In this document: one piece after another, positions 31,101 through 43,246 of the stretch
Layout: each line of letters begins with the position of its first letter
How positions within the stretch are numbered: the stretch's first letter is position 1
Assembly: GCA_964016885.1 (NCBI GenBank)
Contig: CAXHJY010001477.1
Span: 310,001 to 374,000, forward strand
Length of the DNA: 64,000 bases
Source of the DNA: Eledone cirrhosa
Taxonomy: Eukaryota
Reading direction: 5' to 3'
Translations under genes and position numbers: made by a program
The notes under the pieces: model-generated
What the model was told of the DNA's origin: nothing
Databases searched by the model: none
The model's input: the letters and a program-made list of their open reading frames with translations, nothing else

Positions 31101-34100
31101 TGTGATGTGTATGGATGAACCGAGAGAGAAACTAGGGATAAGAGGAATCAGATGTAGTGTGTAGGAGAGGAGACTGTGTTGGTATAGACATGTGATGTGT
31201 ATGGATGAATTGGGAGAGAAACTAGGTATCAGAGGAATCAGATGTAGTGTGTAGGAGAGGACACTGTATTGGTATAGACATGTGATGTGTATGGATGGAG
31301 AGAGAAACTAGGTATAAGAGGAATCAGTTGTAGTGTGTAGGAGAGGACACTGTGTTGGTATAGACATGTGATGTGTATGGACGGAGAGAGAAACTAGGTA
31401 TAAGAGGAATCAGTTGTAGTGTGTAGGAGAGGACACTGTGTTGGTATAGACATGTGATGTGTATGGATGGACAGAGAGAGAAACTAGGTATAAGAGGAAT
31501 CAGATGTAGTGTGTAGGAGAGGAGACTCTGTCGGTATATACACGTGATGTGTATGGATGAACTGAGAGAGAAACTAGGTATAAGAGGAATCAGATGTAGT
31601 GTGTAGGAGAGGCGACTGTGTTGGTATATACACGTGATGTGTATGGATGAACTGAGAGAGAAACTAGGTATAAGAGGAATCAGATGTAGTGTGTAGGAGA
31701 CGAGACCGTGTTGGTATAGTCATGTGATGTGTATGGATGAAGAGAGAAACTAGGTATAAGAGGAATCAGATGTAGTGTGTAGGAGAGGAAACTGTGTTGA
31801 TATTGACATGTGATGTGTATGGATGAACTGAGAGGGAAACTAGGTATAAGAAGAATCAGATGTAGTGTGTAGGAGAGGAGACTGTGTTGGTATAGTCATG
31901 TGATGTGTATGGATGGACTGAGAGGGAAACTAGGTATAAGAGGAATCAGATGTAGTGTGTAGGAGAGGAGACTGTGTTGGTATAGACATGCGATGTGTAT
32001 GGATGAACTGAGAGGGAAACTAGGTACAAGAGGAATCAGATGTAGTGTGTAGGAGAGGAGACTGTGTTGGTATAGACATGTGATGTGTATGGATGGAGAG
32101 GGAAACTAGTTATAAGAGGAATCAGAAGTAGTGTGTATTAGAGGAGACTGTGTTGGTATAGACTGTGATGTGTATGGATGGACTGAGAGAGAAACTAGGT
32201 ATAAGAGGAATCAGATGTAGTGTGTAGGCGAGGAGACTGTGTTGGTATAGACATGTGATGCGTATGGATGGAGGAGAGAGAAACTAGGTATAAGAGGAAT
32301 CAGATGAAGTGTGTAGGAGAGGAGATTGTGTTGGTATAGACGTGTGATGTGTATGGATGGAGAGAGAAACTAGGTATAAGAGGGATCAGATGTAGTGTGT
32401 AGGAGAGGAGACTGTGTTGGTATAAACATGTGATGTGTATGGATGGAGAGAGAGGGAAACTAGGTATGAGAGGAATCAGATGTAGTGTGTAGGAGAGAAG
32501 ACTGTGTTGGTATAGACATGTGATGTGTATGGATGGAGAGAGAAACTAGGTATAAGAGGAATCAGATGAAGTGTGTAGGAGAGGAGACTGTGTTGGTATA
32601 GACATGTGATGTGTATGGATGGACTGAGAGAGAAACTAGGTATGAGAGGAATCAGATGTAGTGTGTAGGAGAGGAGACTGTGTTGGTATAGACATGTGAT
32701 GTGTATGGATGGACTGAGAGAGAAACTAGGTATGAGAGGAATCAGATGTAGTGTGTAGGAGAGGAGACTGTGTTGGTATAGACATGTGATGTGTATGGAT
32801 GGACTGAGAGAGAAACTAAGAATAAGAGGAATCAGATGTAGTGTGTAGGAGAGGAGACTGTGTTGGTATAGACATGTGATGTGTATGGATGGAGAGAGAA
32901 TCTAGGTATAAGAGGAATCAGATGTAGTGTGTATGAGAGGAGACTGTGTTGGTATAGTCATGTGATGTGTATGGATGAACTGAGAGAGAAACTAGGTATA
33001 AGAGGAATCAGATGTAGTGTGTAGGAGAGGAGACTGTGTTGGTATAGACATGTGATGAGTAAGGATGGAGAGAGAAACTATGTATAAGAGGAATCAGATG
33101 TAGTGTGTAGGAGAGGAGACTGTGTTGGTATAGACATGTGATGTGTATGGATGAACTGGGAGAGAAAGTAGGTATAAGAGGAATCAGATGTAGAGTGTAG
33201 GAGAGGAGACTGTGTTGGTATAGACATGTGATGTGTATGGATGAACTGGGAGAGAAACTAGGTATAAGAGGAATCAGATGTAGTGTGTAGGAGAGGAGAC
33301 TGTGTTGGTATAGACATGTGATGTGTATGGATGGAGAGAGAAACTAGGTATAAGAGGAATCAGAAGTAGTGTGTAGGAGAGGAGACTGTGTTGGTATAGA
33401 CATCTGATGTGTATGGATGGAGGGAGAAAGAAACTAGGTATCAGAGGAATCAGATGTAGGGTGTAGGAGAGGAGACTGTGTTGGTATAGACATGTGATGT
33501 GTATGGATGGACTGACAGAGAAACTAGGTATAAGAGGAATCAGATGTAGTGTGTAGGAGAGGAGACTGTGTTGGTATAGACATGTGATGTGTATGGATGG
33601 AGAGAGAAACTAGGTATAAGAGGAATCAGAAGTAGTGTGTAGGAGAGGAGACTGTGTTGGTATAGACATGTGATGTGTATGGATGGACTGACAGAGAAAC
33701 TAGGTATAAGAGGAATCAGATGTAGCGTGTAGGAGAGGAGACTGTGTTGGTATAGACATGTGATGTGTATGGATGGAGAGAGAAACTAGGTATAAGAGGA
33801 ATCAGATGTATGAGAGGCGACTGTGTTGGTATAGACATTCGATGTGTATGGATGGAGAGAGAAACTAGGTATAAGAGGAATCAGATGTAGTGCGAAGGAG
33901 ACGAGACTGTGTTGGTATAGACATGTGATGTGTATGGATGAACTGAGAGAGAAACTAGGTATAAGAAGAATCAGATGTAGAGTGTAGGAGAGGAGACTGT
34001 GTTGGTATAGATATGTGATGTGTATGGATGGACTGAGAGAGAAACTAGGTATAAGAGGAATCAGATGTAGTGTGTAGGAGAGGAGACTCTGTTGGTATAG

Positions 34101-37100
34101 ACATGTGATGTGTATGGATGAACTGAGAGAGAAACTAGGTATAAGAGGGATCAGATGTAGTGTGTAGGAGAGGAGACTGTTGGTATAGACATGTGATGTG
34201 TATGGATGGAGAGAGAGAGAAAGTAGGTATAAGAAGAATCAGATGTAGAGTGTAGGAGAGGAGACTGTGTTGGTAGAGACATGTGATGTGTATGGATGGA
34301 GAGAGAAACTAGTTATAAGAGGAATCAGATGTAGTGTGTAGGAGAGGAGACTGTGTTGGTATAGAGGTGTGATGTGTATGGATGTAGAGAGAAACTAGGC
34401 ATGAGAGGATTCAGATGTAGTGTGTAGGAGAGGAGACTGTGTTGGTATAGACATGTGATGTGTATGGATGAACTGAGAGAGAAACTAGGTATAAGAGGAA
34501 TCAGATGTAGTGCGAAGGAGACGAGACTGTGTTGGTATAGACATGTGATGTGTATGGATGAACTGAGAGCGAAACTAGGTATAAGAGGAATCAGATGTAG
34601 AGTGTAGGAGAGGAGATTGTGTTGGTATAGGCATGTGATGCGTATTGATGGAGACAGAAACTAGGTATTAGAGGAATCAGATGTAGTGTGTAGGAGAGGA
34701 GACTGTATTGGTATAGACATGTGATGTGTATGGATGGACTAAGGAGAAACTAGGTATAAGAGGAATCAGATGTAGTGTGTAGGAGAGGAGAGTGTGTTGG
34801 TATAGACATGTGATGTCTATGGATGGACTGAGAGAGAAACTAGTTATAAGAGGAATCAGATGTAGTGTGTAGGAGAGGAGACTGTGTTGGTATAGACATG
34901 TGATGTGTATGGATGAACTGAGAGAGAAACTAGGTATAAGAGGAATCAGATGTAGTGGGTAGGAGAGGAGACTGTGTTGGTATAGACATGTGATGTGCAT
35001 GGATGAACTGAGAGAGAAACTAGGTATAAGAGGAATCAGATGTAGTGTGTAGGAGAGCAAACTGTGTTGATATATACATGTGATGTGTATGGATGAACTG
35101 AGAGCGAAACTAGGTATAAGAGGAATCAGATGTAGTGTGTAGGAGAGGAGACTGTGTTGGTATAGACATGTGATGTGTATGGATGGAGAGAGAAACTAGG
35201 TATAAGAGGAATCAGATGTAGTGTGTATGAGAGGAGACTGTGTTGGTATAGTCATGTGATGTGTATGGATGAACTGAGAGAGAAACTAGGTATAAGAGGA
35301 ATCAGATGTAGTGTGTAGGAGAGGAGACTGTCTTGGTATAGACATGTCATGTGTATGGATGGAGAGAGAAACTAGGTATAAGAGGAATCAGATGTAGTGT
35401 GTATGAGAGGAGACTGTGTTGGTATAGTCATGTGATGTGTATGGATGAACTGAGAGAGAAACTAGGTATAAGAGGAATCTGATGTAGTGTGTAGGAGAGG
35501 AGACTCTGTTGGTATAGACATGTGATGTGTATGGATGAACTGAGAGAGAAACTAGGTATAAGAGGAATCAGATGTAGTGTGTAGGAGAGGAGACTGTGTT
35601 GGTATAGACATGTGATGTGTATGGATGGACTGACAGAGAAACTAGGTATAAGAGGAATCAGATGTAGTGTGTAGGAGAGGAGACTGTCTTGGTATAGACA
35701 TGTGATGTGTATGGATGGAGAGGGAAACTAGGTATAAGAGGAATCAGATGTAGTGTGTAGGAGAGGAGACTGTTGGTATAGACATGTGATGTGTATGGAT
35801 GGACTGAGAGAGAAACTAGGTATAAGAGGAATCAGATGTAGAGTGTAGGAGAGGAGACTGTGTTGGTATAGACATGTGATGTGTATGGATGAACTGGGAG
35901 AGAAACTATTTATAAGAAGAATTAGATGTAGTGTGTAGGCGAGGAAACTGTGTTGATATGTACATGTGATGTGTATGGATGAACTGAGAGAGAAACTAGG
36001 TATAAGAGGAATCAGATGTAGTGTGTAGGAGAGGACACTGTGTTGGTATAGACATGTGATGTTTATGGATGGAGAGAGAAACTCGGTATAAGAGGAATCA
36101 GATGTAGTGTGTAGGAGAGGAGATGGTGTTGGTATACACGTGTTATGTGTATGGATAGAGAGAGAAACTAGGTATAAGAGGAATCAGATGTAGTGTGTAG
36201 GAGAGGAGATTGTGTTGGTATAGACATGTGATGTGTATGGATGAACTGAGAGAGAAACTCGGTATAAGAGGAATCAGATGTAGTGTGTAGGAGAGGAGAC
36301 TGTGTTGGTATAGACATGTGATGTGTATGGATGGAGAGAGAAACTAGGTATAAGAGGAATCAGATGTAGTGTGTAGGAGAGGAGATTGTGTTGGTATAGC
36401 CATGTGACGTGTATGGATGAACTGAGAGAGAAACTAGGTATAAGAGGAATCAGATGTAGTGTGTAGGAGAGGAGACTGTGTTGGTATAGACATGTGATGT
36501 GTATGGATGAACTGAGAGAGAAACTAGGTATAAGAAGAATCAGATGTAGAGTGTAGGAGAGGAGACTGTATTGGTATATACATGTGACGTGTATGGATGG
36601 AGAGAGGAACTAGGTATAAGAGGAAATAGATGTAGTGCGAAGGAGATGAGACTGTGTTGGTATAGACATGTGATGTGTATGGATGGAGAGAGAAACTAGG
36701 TATAAGAGGAATCAGATGTATGAGAGGCGACTGTGTTGGTATAGACATTCGATGTGTATGGATGGAGAGAGAAACTAGGTATAAGAGGAATCAGATGTAG
36801 TGCGAAGGAGACGAGACTGTGTTGGTATAGACATGTGATGTGTATGGATGAACTGAGAGAGAAACTAGGTATAAGAAGAATCAGATGTAGAGTGTAGGAG
36901 AGGAGACTGTGTTGGTATAGATATGTGATGTGTATGGATGGACTGAGAGAGAAACTAGTTATAAACGGAATCAGATGTAGTGTGTAGGAGAGGAGACTCT
37001 GTTGGTATAGACATGTGATGTGTATGGATGAACTGAGAGAGAAACTAGGTATAAGAGGAATCAGATGTAGTGTGTAGGAGAGGAGACTCTGTCTGTATAG

Positions 37101-37690
37101 AAATGTGATGTGTTTGGATGGACTGAGAGAGAAACTAGGTATAAGAGGAATCAGATGTAGTGTGTAGGAGAGGAGACTGTGTTGGTACAGGCATGTGATG
37201 TGTATGGATGGAGAGAGAAACTAGGTATGAGAGGAATCAGATGTAGTGTGTATGAGAGAAGACTGTGTTGGTATAGAAATGTGATGTGTATGGATGGAGA
37301 GAGAAACTAGGTATAAGAGGAATCAGATGTAGTGTGTAGGAGAGGAGACTGTATTGGTATAGACATGTGATGTGTATGGATGGACTGAGAGAGAAACTAG
37401 GTATTAGAGGAATCAGATGTAGTGTGTAGGAGAGGAGACTGTTGCTATAGACATGTGATGTGTATGGATGAACTGAGAGCGAAACTAGGTATAAGAGGAA
37501 TCAGATGTAGTGTGTAGGAGAAAGACTGTGTTGGTATAGACATGTGATGTGTATGGATGGACTGAGAGAGAAACTAGGTATAAGAGGAATCAGATGTAGT
37601 GTGTAGGAGAGGACACTGTGTTGGTATAGACATGTGATGTGTATGGATGAACTGAGAGAGAAACTAGGTATAAGAGGAATCAGATGTAGT
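24750..37690 (+). repeat. Higher-order duplication, period 6797 bp
   Basis: ORF pairs 27880/34677 and 29727/36524 and marker pairs 27021/33818 and 29931/36728 are all offset by 6797. Boundaries approximate. Confidence 0.9.
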
Positions 37691-40600
37691 GTGTAGAAGA
37701 GGAGACTGTGTTGGTACAGGCATGTGATGTGTATGGATGGAGAGAGAAACTAGGTATGAGAGGAATCAGATGTAGTGTGTATGAGAGAAGACTGTGTTGG
37801 TATAGAAATGTGATGTGTATGGATGGAGAGAGAAACTAGGTATAAGAGGAATCAGATGTAGTGTGTAGGAGAGGAGACTGTATTGGTATAGACATGTGAT
37901 GTGTATGGATGGACTGAGAGAGAAACTAGGTATTAGAGGAATCAGATGTAGTGTGTAGGAGAGGAGACTGTTGCTATAGACATGTGATGTGTATGGATGA
38001 ACTGAGAGCGAAACTAGGTATAAGAGGAATCAGATGTAGTGTGTAGGAGAAAGACTGTGTTGGTATAGACATGTGATGTGTATGGATGGACTGAGAGAGA
38101 AACTAGGTATAAGAGGAATCAGATGTAGTGTGTAGGAGAGGAGACTGTGTTGGTATAGACATGTGATGTGTATGGATGAACTGAGAGAGAAACTAGGTAT
38201 AAGAGGAATCAGATGTAGTGTGTAGGAGAGGAGACTGTGTTGGTATAGACATGTGATGTGTATGGATGAACTGAGAGAGAAACTAGGTATAAGAAGAATC
38301 AGATGTAGAGTGTAGGAGAGGAGACTGTATTGGTATATACATGTGACGTGTATGGATGGAGAGAGGAACTAGGTATAAGAGGAATCAGATGTAGTGTGTA
38401 GGAGAGGAGACTGTATTGGTATATACATGTGACGTGTATAGATGGAGAGAGGAACTAGGTATAAGAGGAATCAGATGTAGTGTGTAGGAGAGGAGATTGT
38501 GTTGGTATAGACATGTGACGTGTATGGATGAACTGAGAGAGAAACTAGGTATAAGAGGAATCAGATGTAGTGTGTAGGAGAGGAGACTGTGTTGGTATAG
38601 ACATGTGATGTGTATGGATGAACTGAGAGAGAAATTAGGTATAAGAAGAATCAGATGTAGAGTGTAGGAGAGGAGACTGTATTTGTATATACATGTGACG
38701 TGTATGGATGGAGAGAGGAACTAGGTATAAGAGGAATCAGATGTAGTGCGAAGGAGATGAGACTGTGTTGGTATAGACATGTGATGTGTATGGATGGAGA
38801 GAGAAACTAGGTATAAGAGGAATCAGATGTATGAGAGGCGACTGTGTTGGTATAGACATTCGATGTGTATGGATGGAGAGAGAAACTAGGTATAAGAGGA
38901 ATCAGATGTAGTGCGAAGGAGACGAGACTGTGTTGGTATAGACATGTGATGTGTATGGATGAACTGAGAGAGAAACTAGGTATAAGAAGAATCAGATGTA
39001 GAGTGTAGGAGAGGAGACTGTGTTGGTATAGATATGTGATGTGTATGGATGGACTGAGAGAGAAACTAGGTATAAGAGGAATCAGATGTAGTGTGTAGGA
39101 GAGGAGACTCTGTTGGTATATACATGTGATGTGTATGGATGAACTGAGAGAGAAACTAGGTATAAGAGGAATCAGATGTAGTGTGTATGAGAGAAGACTG
39201 TTTTGGTATAGAAATGTGATGTGTTTGGATGGACTGAGAGAGAAACTAGGTATAAGAGGAATCAGATGTAGTGTGTAGGAGAGGAGACTGTGTTGGTACA
39301 GGCATGTGATGTGTATGGATGGAGAGAGAAACTAGGTATGAGAGGAATCAGATGTAGTGTGTATGAGAGAAGACTGTGTTGGTATAGAAATGTGATGTGT
39401 ATGGATGGAGAGAGAAACTAGGTATAAGAGGAATCAGATGTAGTGTGTAGGAGAGGAGACTGTATTGGTATAGACATGTGATGTGTATGGATGGACTGAG
39501 AGAGAAACTAGGTATTAGAGGAATCAGATGTAGTGTGTAGGAGAGGAGATTGTGTTGGTATAGGCATGTGATGCGTACTGATGGAGACAGAAACTAGGTA
39601 TTAGAGGAATCAGATGTAGTGTGTAGGAGAGGAGACTGTATTGGTATAGACATGTGATGTGTATGGATGGACTAAGGAGAAACTAGGTATAAGAGGAATC
39701 AGATGTAGTCTGTATGAGAGAAGACTGTGTTGGTATAGACATGTGATATGTATGGATGGAGAGAGAAACTAGGTATAAGAGGAATCGGATGTAGTATGTA
39801 GGAGAGGAGACTGTGTTGGTATAGACATGTGATGTGTATGGATGGACTGAGGGAGAAACTAGGTATAAGAGGAATCAGATGTAGTGTGTAGGAGAGGAGA
39901 CTGTGTTGGTACAGGCATGTGATGTGTATGGATGGACTGAGAGAGAAACTAGGTATAAGAGGAATCAGATGTAGTATGTAGGAGAGGAGACTGTGTTGGT
40001 ATAGACATGTGATGTTTATGGATGAACTGAGAGAGAAACTAGGTATAAGTGAATCAGATGTAGTGTGTAGGAGAGGAGTTTGTGTTGGTCTAGACATGTG
40101 ATGTGTTTGGATGGAGAGAGAAACTAGGTATAAGAGGAATCAGATGTACTGTGTAGGAGAGGAGATTGTGTTGGTATAGACATGTGATGTTTATGGATAA
40201 ACTGGGAGAGAAACTAGGTATAAGAGGAATCAGATGTAGTGTGTAGGAGAGGAGACTGTGTTGGTATAGTCATGTGATGTGTATGGATGAACTGAGAGAG
40301 ACACTAGGTATAAGAGGAATCAGATGTAGTGTGTAGGAGAGGAGACTGTGTTGGTATAGACATGTGATGTGTATGGATGGAGAAAGAGGGAAACTAGGTA
40401 TAAGAGGAATCAGATGTAGTGTGTAGGAGAGGAGACTGTGTTGGTATAGACATTTGATGTGTATGGATGAACTGGGAGAGAAACTAGGTATAAGAGGAAT
40501 CAGATGTAGTGTGTAGGAGAGGAGACTGTGTTGGTATAGACATGTGATGTGTATGGATGGAGAGAGAAACTAGGTATAAGAGGAATCAGATGTAGCGTGT

Positions 40601-42332
40601 AGGAGAGGAGACTGTGTTGGTATAGACATGTGATGTGCATGGATGAACTGAGAGAGAAACTAGGTATAAGAGGAATCAGATGTAGTGTGTAGGAGAGGGG
40701 ACTGTGTTGGTATAGACATGTGATGTGTATGGATGGAGAGAGAGGGAAACTAGGTATAAGAGGAATCAGATGTAGTGTGTAGGAGAGGAGACTGTGTTGG
40801 TATAGACATGTGATGTGTATGGATGGAGAGAGAAACTAGGTATAAGAGGAATCAGATGTAGCGTGTAGGAGAGGAGACTGTTTGGTATAGACATGCGATG
40901 TGTATGAATGAACTGAGAGAGAAACTAGGTATAAGAGGAATCAGATGTAGGGTTTAGGAGAGGAGACTGTGTTGGTATAGACATGTGATGTGTATGGATG
41001 GACTGAGAGAGAAACTAGGTATAAGAGGAATCAGATGTAGGGTTTAGGAGAGGAGACTGTGTTGGTATAGACATGTGATGTGTATGGATGGAGAGAGAAA
41101 CTAGGTATGAGAGGAATCAGATGTAGTGTGTAGGAGATGAGACTGTGTTGGTACAGGCATGTGATGTGTATGGATGGAGAGAGAAACTAGGTATGAGAGG
41201 AATCAGATGTAGTGTGTAGGAGAGGAGACTGTATTGGTACAGACATGTGATGTGTATGGATGAAGTGAGAGAGAAACTAGGTATAAGAGGAATCAGATGT
41301 AGTGTGTAGGAGAGGAGACTGTGTTGGTATAGACATGTGATGTGTATGAATGAACTGAGAGAGAAACTAGGTATAAGAGGAATCAGATGTAGGGTTTAGG
41401 AGAGGAGACTGTGTTGGTATAGACATGTGATGTGTATGGATGGAGAGAGAAAGAAACTAGGTATAAGAGGAATCAGATGTAGTTGGTAGGAGAGGAGACT
41501 GTGTTGATATAGACATGTGATGTGTATGGATGAACTGAGAGAGAAACTAGGTATAAGAGGAATCAGATATAGTGTGTAGGAGATGAGACTGTGTTGGTAC
41601 AGGCATGTGATGTGTATGGATGGAGAGAGAAACTAGGTATAAGAGGAATCAGATGTAGCGTGTAGGAGAGGAGACTGTGTTGGTATAGACATGTGATGTG
41701 CATGGATGAACTGAGAGAGAAACTAGGTATAAGAGGAATCAGATGTAGTGTGTAGGAGAGAAGACTGTGTTGGTATAGACATGTGATGTGTATGGATGGA
41801 CTGAGAGAGAAACTAGGTATAAGAGGAATCAGATGTAAGGTTTAGGAGAGGAGACTGTGTTGGTATAGACATGTGATGTGTATGGATGGAGAGAGAAACT
41901 AGGTATGAGAGGAATCAGATGTAGTGTGTAGGAGATGAGACTGTGTTGGTACAGGCATGTGATGTGTATGGATGGAGAGAGAAACTAGGTATGAGAGGAA
42001 TCAGATGTAGTGTGTAGGAGAGGAGACTGTATTGGTACAGACATGTGATGTGTATGGATGAAGTGAGAGAGAAACTAGGTATAAGAGGAATCAGATGTAG
42101 TGTGTAGGAGAGGAGACTGTGTTGGTATAGACATGTGATGTGTATGAATGAACTGAGAGAGAAACTAGGTATAAGAGGAATCAGATGTAGGGTTTAGGAG
42201 AGGAGACTGTGTTCGTATAGACATGTGATGTGTATGGATGGAGAGAGAAAGAAACTAGGTATAAGAGGAATCAGATGTAGTTGGTAGGAGAGGAGACTGT
42301 GTTGATATAGACATGTGATGTGTATGGATGAA

Positions 42333-42630
42333 CTGAGAGAGAAACTAGGTATAAGAGGAATCAGATGTAGTGTGTAGGAGAGGAGACTGTGTTGGTATAG
42401 ACATGTGATGTGTATGGATGATGATCACTGAGTGAAAAAGTCTTAGAAATTTCCTGAGGAAGGATGTTGCAGTAGTTGAAGACCAAGCAAAACGTGGGAG
42501 GATCTGGTGAGAGATGATCTCAAATTGGTGAAACTCGCAGAAGAGATGACAAAGAATGTGATAAATGGAGAGATGCTGTGCTGAAAAGGACCTGTGCAAC
42601 CCTTGAAATCATGGAACATGTTAATGATGG
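42333..42630 (+). mobile_element. Degenerate 3' end of an RTE-clade non-LTR retrotransposon (ORF C-terminus and tail), seed of the 90-bp satellite
   Basis: From 42333 the + frame reads LREKLGIRGIRCSV*ERRLCWYRHVMCMDDDH*VKKS*KFPEEGCCSS*RPSKTWEDLVRDDLKLVKLAEEMTKN, then after a frameshift DKWRDAVLKRT. This matches the RTE C-terminal motif series RRLRWxGHVxRM...RGRPxKTWxDxVxxDL...DRxxWR. It is followed by a degenerate caaccc..catggaa..gttaatgatg tail. Confidence 0.88.
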
Positions 42631-42978
42631 TGAAGGTGAGGGGGAGTGATGTTAATGGTGGTGAGAATAGAGGAGTGATGGTGGTGAGGGTGGAGGAAAG
42701 GTGATGGAGTGATATGTGGTGATGGCGGAGGGAAGGTGATGGTGGTGGAGGGAAAGTGATGGTGGTGGAGAGATGGTGGTGAGGGTGGAGTGGGAATGAT
42801 GTTGGTAAGCGTGGAGGGAAGGTGATGGTAGTGAGGATGGAGGTAAGGTGGTGGGGATGGAGGTAAGGTGGTGGGGATGGAGGGAAGGTGGTGAGGGTGG
42901 AGGAATGTGGTGAGGTGGAGGGTAGCTGATGGAGGTGAGGGTGGATGGGGGAGTGATGTTACTGGTGGTGAGGATGGA
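42622..42978 (+). repeat. G-rich low-complexity/degenerate minisatellite (GGT/GGA/GAT-based)
   Basis: Repeated gatggtggtgagggtggagg and ggaaggtgatggtggtgg motifs with almost no C; starts directly at the RTE tail. Confidence 0.85.
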
Positions 42979-43017
42979 CAAGAAGAGGAAGCGATGCTAC
43001 ACTGAAATGATACGTAC

Positions 43018-43186
43018 CCAAAGAATTTTTAGACAGTCTACGATGAGTTAATTCCGGACATGAAAGACCATGAGAGTCTTTCCTTGAAGCTCTGTCTGAC
43101 GATCTCATCTCAGATTCTATCTCTTCCCATGCCTTGTTATCACTTAATGTGTAACCATCTGAATCGAGAGATTCTTCACTCTTCTC
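43018..43186 (-). CDS. PDZD8: Internal coding exon (169 nt, phase 0 to 1) of the PDZ-domain gene; acidic/Ser-rich linker
   Basis: Acceptor ttttgttttgtttttttactgtag|GAG and donor TTGG|gtacgt. Open frame EKSEESLDSDGYTLSDNKAWEEIESEMRSSDRASRKDSHGLSCPELTHRRLSKNSL(G); phase matches the preceding exon. The gene name rests only on linkage to the PDZ exons. Confidence 0.7.
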
Positions 43187-43246
43187 CTACAGTAAAAAAA
43201 CAAAACAAAATAAACAAATTTCATTCTAGTTTATAGAGGAATGTGA

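Larger units (their letters stand above)
1..42421 (+). repeat. Tandem satellite array of 90-bp and 86-bp monomers (about 480 copies), derived from RTE LINE coding sequence
   Basis: Consensus gaggaatcagatgtagtgtgtaggagaggagactgtgttggtatagacatgtgatgtgtatggatgaactgagagagaaactaggtataa (90 bp). A frequent 86-bp variant has ggatg-gagagagaaa in place of ggatg-aactgagagagaaa. Head-to-tail with no spacers; truncated by the left window edge. Copy number is length divided by ~88.5. Confidence 0.99.

Noticed and set aside
8521-40097. Minus-strand ORFs in the 90-bp array (LIPLIPSFSLSPSIHITCLYQHSLLSYTLH repeats)
   Set aside because: Antisense read-through of a monomer whose length is a multiple of 3; broken by every 86-bp variant; no gene structure.
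1-42421. Possible repetitive protein encoded on + in the RTE frame
   Set aside because: Nearly every monomer has an in-frame TAG (gtg tag gag), and 86-bp monomers shift the frame.
42345-42981. ORFs 42345..42599 and 42652..42981 (Pro/His/Ser-rich)
   Set aside because: Antisense of the RTE remnant and of the G-rich low-complexity tract.
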